Assembly (NCBI RefSeq): GCF_009914755.1
Contig: NC_060939.1
Length of the DNA stretch: 64,000 nt
Reading direction: 5' to 3' (one strand)
Origin: the human T2T-CHM13v2.0 reference genome, Homo sapiens
Made by a program: the position numbers and the translations under genes. Shown piece by piece: positions 52,591-64,000 of the stretch; the first letter of the stretch is position 1; the number at the start of each line of letters is the position of its first letter. The notes beneath the pieces are model-generated. The model searched no databases and was not told where the DNA came from. It saw only the letters and a program-made list of their open reading frames with translations.

Positions 52591-55217
52591 GAATTCAGGA
52601 CTCTTAGAACCCCACAGTGGCGTCCAGCTTTCTCGTCTTCAATGGACTTCAAGCATACTTTAGCTGGTTAACACCACAGTGGACAGGCTTGCCATAAGCT
52701 GCACCCTTAGGAACTGGGCATTTTCGGCCACCATGGTGCACACGAATCCTATATATAACGTAAACTTGCTTGGCCTTGTAGCCCTGTCGGTGCACTTTTT
52801 TGGGCTGGGTGGGATGTGGAGCCCTGTGGTAGAGCAGAGAGCTGTCAGTACTGCTAGCAGGGACTCTCCGAAGAAAGTGCATGGTATCAGACTGCTGCTT
52901 CCTCCACAGCTCCTGAATGTACTTGTATGCAGTTATCTTGGCTTACCTGATGGCTGTTGCCAGACGGAAAGGAAAGAGCCTTTCTCCCCCATTATTTATT
53001 TTCTTATATGAATAGAAGGCTAGAAAATTTTCTGAGTGCTATTACGGTTGTGCCTCATGGGTTTTGATATGTAGACCTCTCATTATTATTTTCAAAATAG
53101 CTATAGCTGTGGCCTTAATTTCCACTTTCCTTCAGCTTCTTGCTCATTAATTTGCTCTTTAACTCTTTTCATTCTTCTATTCAACCTATCTACTATTTTT
53201 ATTTTCACCATCATAACCTCGTTTTCTAAGATCTCTAATATAATTTTAATTTTGTTTTTATGTTTAATTTTTGATCTTGGAGAAATTTATTGTGATGAAA
53301 GGAACAAAACAGAGATTCAAATTCACCCTCCTTTCCCAATGGTAATTACCAATCTTTGAAATTCCATCTCTAACATATATTAAATTCTCAAATATAACAG
53401 TAATAATAGTAATAACTAATAATTATTTTATACTTATAAAACCCTCAAACAAACCTTTGCAGTGAGTTCTAGTATTAGCCTCAGTTTGTAGATGAGGAAA
53501 ATTGAGGCATGGAGCAACTCATACAAATTAACATAAAAATTCATGTTATAACCAATTGTTCTTAAATTAGTATTAAAAATTAACATTTTCTATAATGCCA
53601 TGACTCGATATCCTGATATTGAAGAGAAAACAAGCACAGACAGGATGGGGGACTTGCCCAAGGTCACAGTGGAAGACTGAAAATACATGTCATAGCTCCT
53701 GAAATTTTAATTCATTCATTTCTGCAGTTAGCCACACGGTCTGAGAGAATCAGTCCTTTTATTAAAGTCCATTTCATTCACAACAGTCATAGCTTTGTTT
53801 CTCAAGTTCTGTTACTAATACTGCTGTTCTTTTTTCTTTGTTTCTTTCTTTTTTTTTTTTTTTTTTAAGATTTTAAGTCAAAAGAGCATTCAGAGCACCA
53901 GAGTCAGCAATTTGTGCTGCAATACTTTGGCCAATTCCCCATTTAACAGTATGATCTTTGTAGGAGCTCTTATTTTCATATTGAAATGCTCATTGTATTT
54001 TTTGGGGGGCATACTTTCAGTGACTGCATTAAGACACAAGGTCTTGTTGGTAGCTCACCTAGAGGTAAAATACAGCTACTTCCCCCAATTACAGCCCTAC
54101 CATTCATTATTAGAGGGTTAGGTATGAAGTTTAGAAAAACACTGTACACTTCAGTTCTTTCTGTTCTTAGAGAAAAATGCCTTCCTTGTTTCCTTTTATA
54201 GCCTCCATGCATTTGAATTTCTAAGGTAGGAATGTTGTATAGTAAGCCTCTTGGTACTGAAGCAGTTATAAGCCATGAACAGACTGCCTTCCCAAGGAAG
54301 TCTAGGAAAATGACAAAGTTTTATAATTCAAAATAATTTCATTAAGACACATTTTAGGAGACTTATTCTAACTCTGCTGTTAGCACTTCATGTTATTTGT
54401 GTTTGCAGTCCTTATAAAAACAAATTAATAAGGATTCAAGTTCAGGAAAACTTGAATTTCATCTGTATATGATTTTCACAGGCAGAAACATTAACCCCTA
54501 TTAAGGCTAGCAGGATTATCTAAACCAGCAAAGTGGGAGTTGTACTTATTGCTCTTTTTCCCACATTTAATTGTACCAATTCCTTTGGATTTGACATTTC
54601 AAATATCACCTTAATTTCACCCTTCTCTACCTATAGCTTTGAAGTACTTTCAGCATTTCTCTCTAGATATATTACAATGAACTGCTATTAGATCTCTTTA
54701 TTTCTGCAATCCGAATTCCACACACTACCCAGTGAGCTTTTTCAAATGCAAAATTGATGATTTACTTCATTTTTAAACATCTGTTCACATCCATTGCCTG
54801 TATGTTAAAAGCCAGGTTTCTCAATATGGCATAAGGCCCTTTAAGATCTGAGACTTGATATCCTCCAACCTCCTCCCCTCCTTTTCTCTTCTGATGTTTT
54901 TAGATACCTAATTGTAGTTTTCTGAATGCTGTATGCTTGGGCCTTTTCATGTCAATTGCCTAGAATGCTTCACCGTACCCCACCTGTCTGACATCATCCT
55001 TTAAAATTTATTTCAAACATTACCTCTTTGGGGATCCTTTAATGTACCTTCCCTCTTTTTGATTTATCTTACGGCTCATATCATATTCTGTCATAGCAGG
55101 GACTAAATGATGTTTCTCTGTGCTCCCAAAGGACTGTATTTGGCCGACTTATCACTCTGTATTGTCCCCCTGTATTGTGAATTTTGGCTTACCTATTTTC
55201 CTCTTTTGCTAGACCAA

Positions 55218-55604
55218 TCCTTCCTTCCTTCCTTCCTTCCTTCCTTCCCTCCCTCCCTCCCTCCCTTTCCTTCCTTTTCTTTCCTTCCTCTTCCCTCCCC
55301 CCTCCCCTCATCTCCTCTTCTTTCTTTTGAGACAGGGTCTCACTCTGTTGCCCAGAATGAAGTGCAGTGGCACAATTATGGCTCACTGCAGCTTTGACTT
55401 TCTGGTGATTCTCCCACTTCAGCCTCCTGAGTAGCTAGGACTACAGGCATGCATGTGCCATGGTGCCCAGCTAATTTTTTGTATTTTTTGTAGAGATGGG
55501 GTTTTGCCTTGTTGCCCAGGCTGGTCTGGAATTCCTGAGCTTAAGTGATCTGCCTTGGCCTCCCAAAGTGCTGGGATTACATACATGAGCCACTGCACCT
55601 GGCC
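55218..55604 (-). mobile_element. (CCTT)n/(CCCT)n microsatellite tail plus AluJ
   Basis: Polypyrimidine tract at 55218-55327 followed by an antisense Alu. Confidence 0.88.
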
Positions 55605-55666
55605 AACTTTTAAATTTCTTAAGGCCAAGGATTCTTATTCATCTCCTTTCAAAGAGTACTTAGTAA

Positions 55667-55903
<237 letters not shown>

Positions 55904-56024
55904 TGAAATATTTTTAGACTTATAGAAAAATCAAATAATAATTGAAAAAAGTACTGTATATTCCTCTCCCAAATTCCCCAAACTTAACATTTTACCACAT
56001 TTGCTTTATCATTCTCTATCTCTG

Positions 56025-62915
<6,891 letters not shown>

Positions 62916-62964
62916 TTATAATTTTTTTCCTGAACAGTTTGAGATTAAGTTGAGGACCTGATTC

Positions 62965-63415
62965 CTGGTAGAAGACAAAATCTCAACTAATTTAATTAAA
63001 TGCTGTAATCAGCTTTTATTATTATTTTCAATTCCTGAATTGGGCAGCATGTAAAAATAGAGAGGTGCTAGGCTAGGCATGGCAGAACAGTTGGTTTTCA
63101 CAAAATAGCTTGAAGAAGCACAAGGAAACAGCATAATAAAAAGCAGATTATTATGTTAACATCAGGTTACTTAAGGTTCTTTTTCTTGTAAGGGTTAAAA
63201 CAGAGGGGACTTCCTTACCATGCAGGCTAAAACTGGCCTGTTTAGGAATTTGGCTACCATGTATCCCCTGCTTTTTTATAGATCAGATAAATAATTTAGT
63301 TTTGGTTTGGTGATGTGGAACTTTAGCATGAATGACTCCATTTTGGTTTGGCTTACTGGGGCCTAGTGGAGGAACTCAGCCCAAAACAATGGTCTTCCAT
63401 AAATTTTATTTAACA
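62965..63415 (-). mobile_element. ERV1 solo LTR (MER4-group)
   Basis: Reverse complement begins tgttaaataaaatttatggaagaccattgttttgggctgag...ccaaaccaaaatggagtcattcatgctaaag. Confidence 0.7.
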
Positions 63416-63589
63416 TGCTCTTTTAACCTTAAATACTTGAATGCGTATTTCCTAAACACAAGGACATTCTTTTATATAATCGTAGCATAATGATTAAAAT
63501 TAGGAAATTAACATTGATAGAACAGTATTCTCTAATTACAGACCTGAAGTGTTACCAGTTATCCTACTAATGTTCTTTATAGCAAAATA

Positions 63590-64000
63590 CAGCATACGTT
63601 GGTGGATACATCCCAAGACCCCTCAGTAGATGCCTGAAACCACAGATAGTACCGAATCCTATATATGCTATTTGCTTTTTTCCTATATATAAATACCTAT
63701 GATAAAGTTTAATTTATAAATTAGGCATAGCAAGAGATTAACAATAATAACTAGAAATAAAATAGAACAATTTTAACAGTATGCCAACATCACTACTCAT
63801 AGGCTTTGGGGTCATTATTACATAACATTATGGTTACTTGAACACAAGCACTGCAATATAGAGACAATACAGAGTCAAGCTGATAATGAGATGACTACCA
63901 AGTGACTAGTGGGTGGGTAGCATATATAGTGTGGATATGCTGGACAAAGGGAAGACTCATGACCTGGGCAGGGCAAAATGGGACAGTGTGAGATTTTATT
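63590..64000. mobile_element. MER44-like Tigger MITE (runs off the window)
   Basis: ccaagacccctcagtagatgcctgaaacc...cctatgataaagtttaatttataaattagg; homologous to 8963-9444. Confidence 0.75.

Overview
This is human (primate) genomic DNA, recognisable as the COPS2/GALK2 locus on chr15q21. The left half holds the full coding region of COPS2 (COP9 signalosome subunit 2) on the minus strand. It has 13 coding exons between 29790 and 2161, which I read out by hand to 1332 nt (443 aa + stop), with one GC-AG intron, an alternative +21-nt acceptor and part of a long 3'UTR. A CpG-island bidirectional promoter (~29.3-30.2 kb) also drives the distal first exon of GALK2 (+, MPVLYDR). A second GALK2 promoter and first exon (MATESPATRR...) lies at ~44.5 kb; GALK2 exon 2 is not in the window. 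GALK2 intron 1 contains an NDUFAF4 retrocopy, the MIR4716 palindromic hairpin, an RPL15 retrocopy split by an Alu, a cluster of ERV1 LTRs (including HERV-E LTR2) and a large, internally deleted L1. A Y3 RNA retrocopy sits in COPS2 intron 4. Most ORFs in the supplied track are Alu, L1 or low-complexity artefacts. I found no clearly new biological system. The best testable leads are an Alu-flanked, stop-free COPS2 exon 4-6 circle, a strong-context in-frame GUG upstream of the COPS2 AUG, the promoter-captured NDUFAF4 retrocopy with an AUGA stop/start overlap, and the LTR cluster. Repeat subfamily names are from memory of consensus sequences and are approximate.
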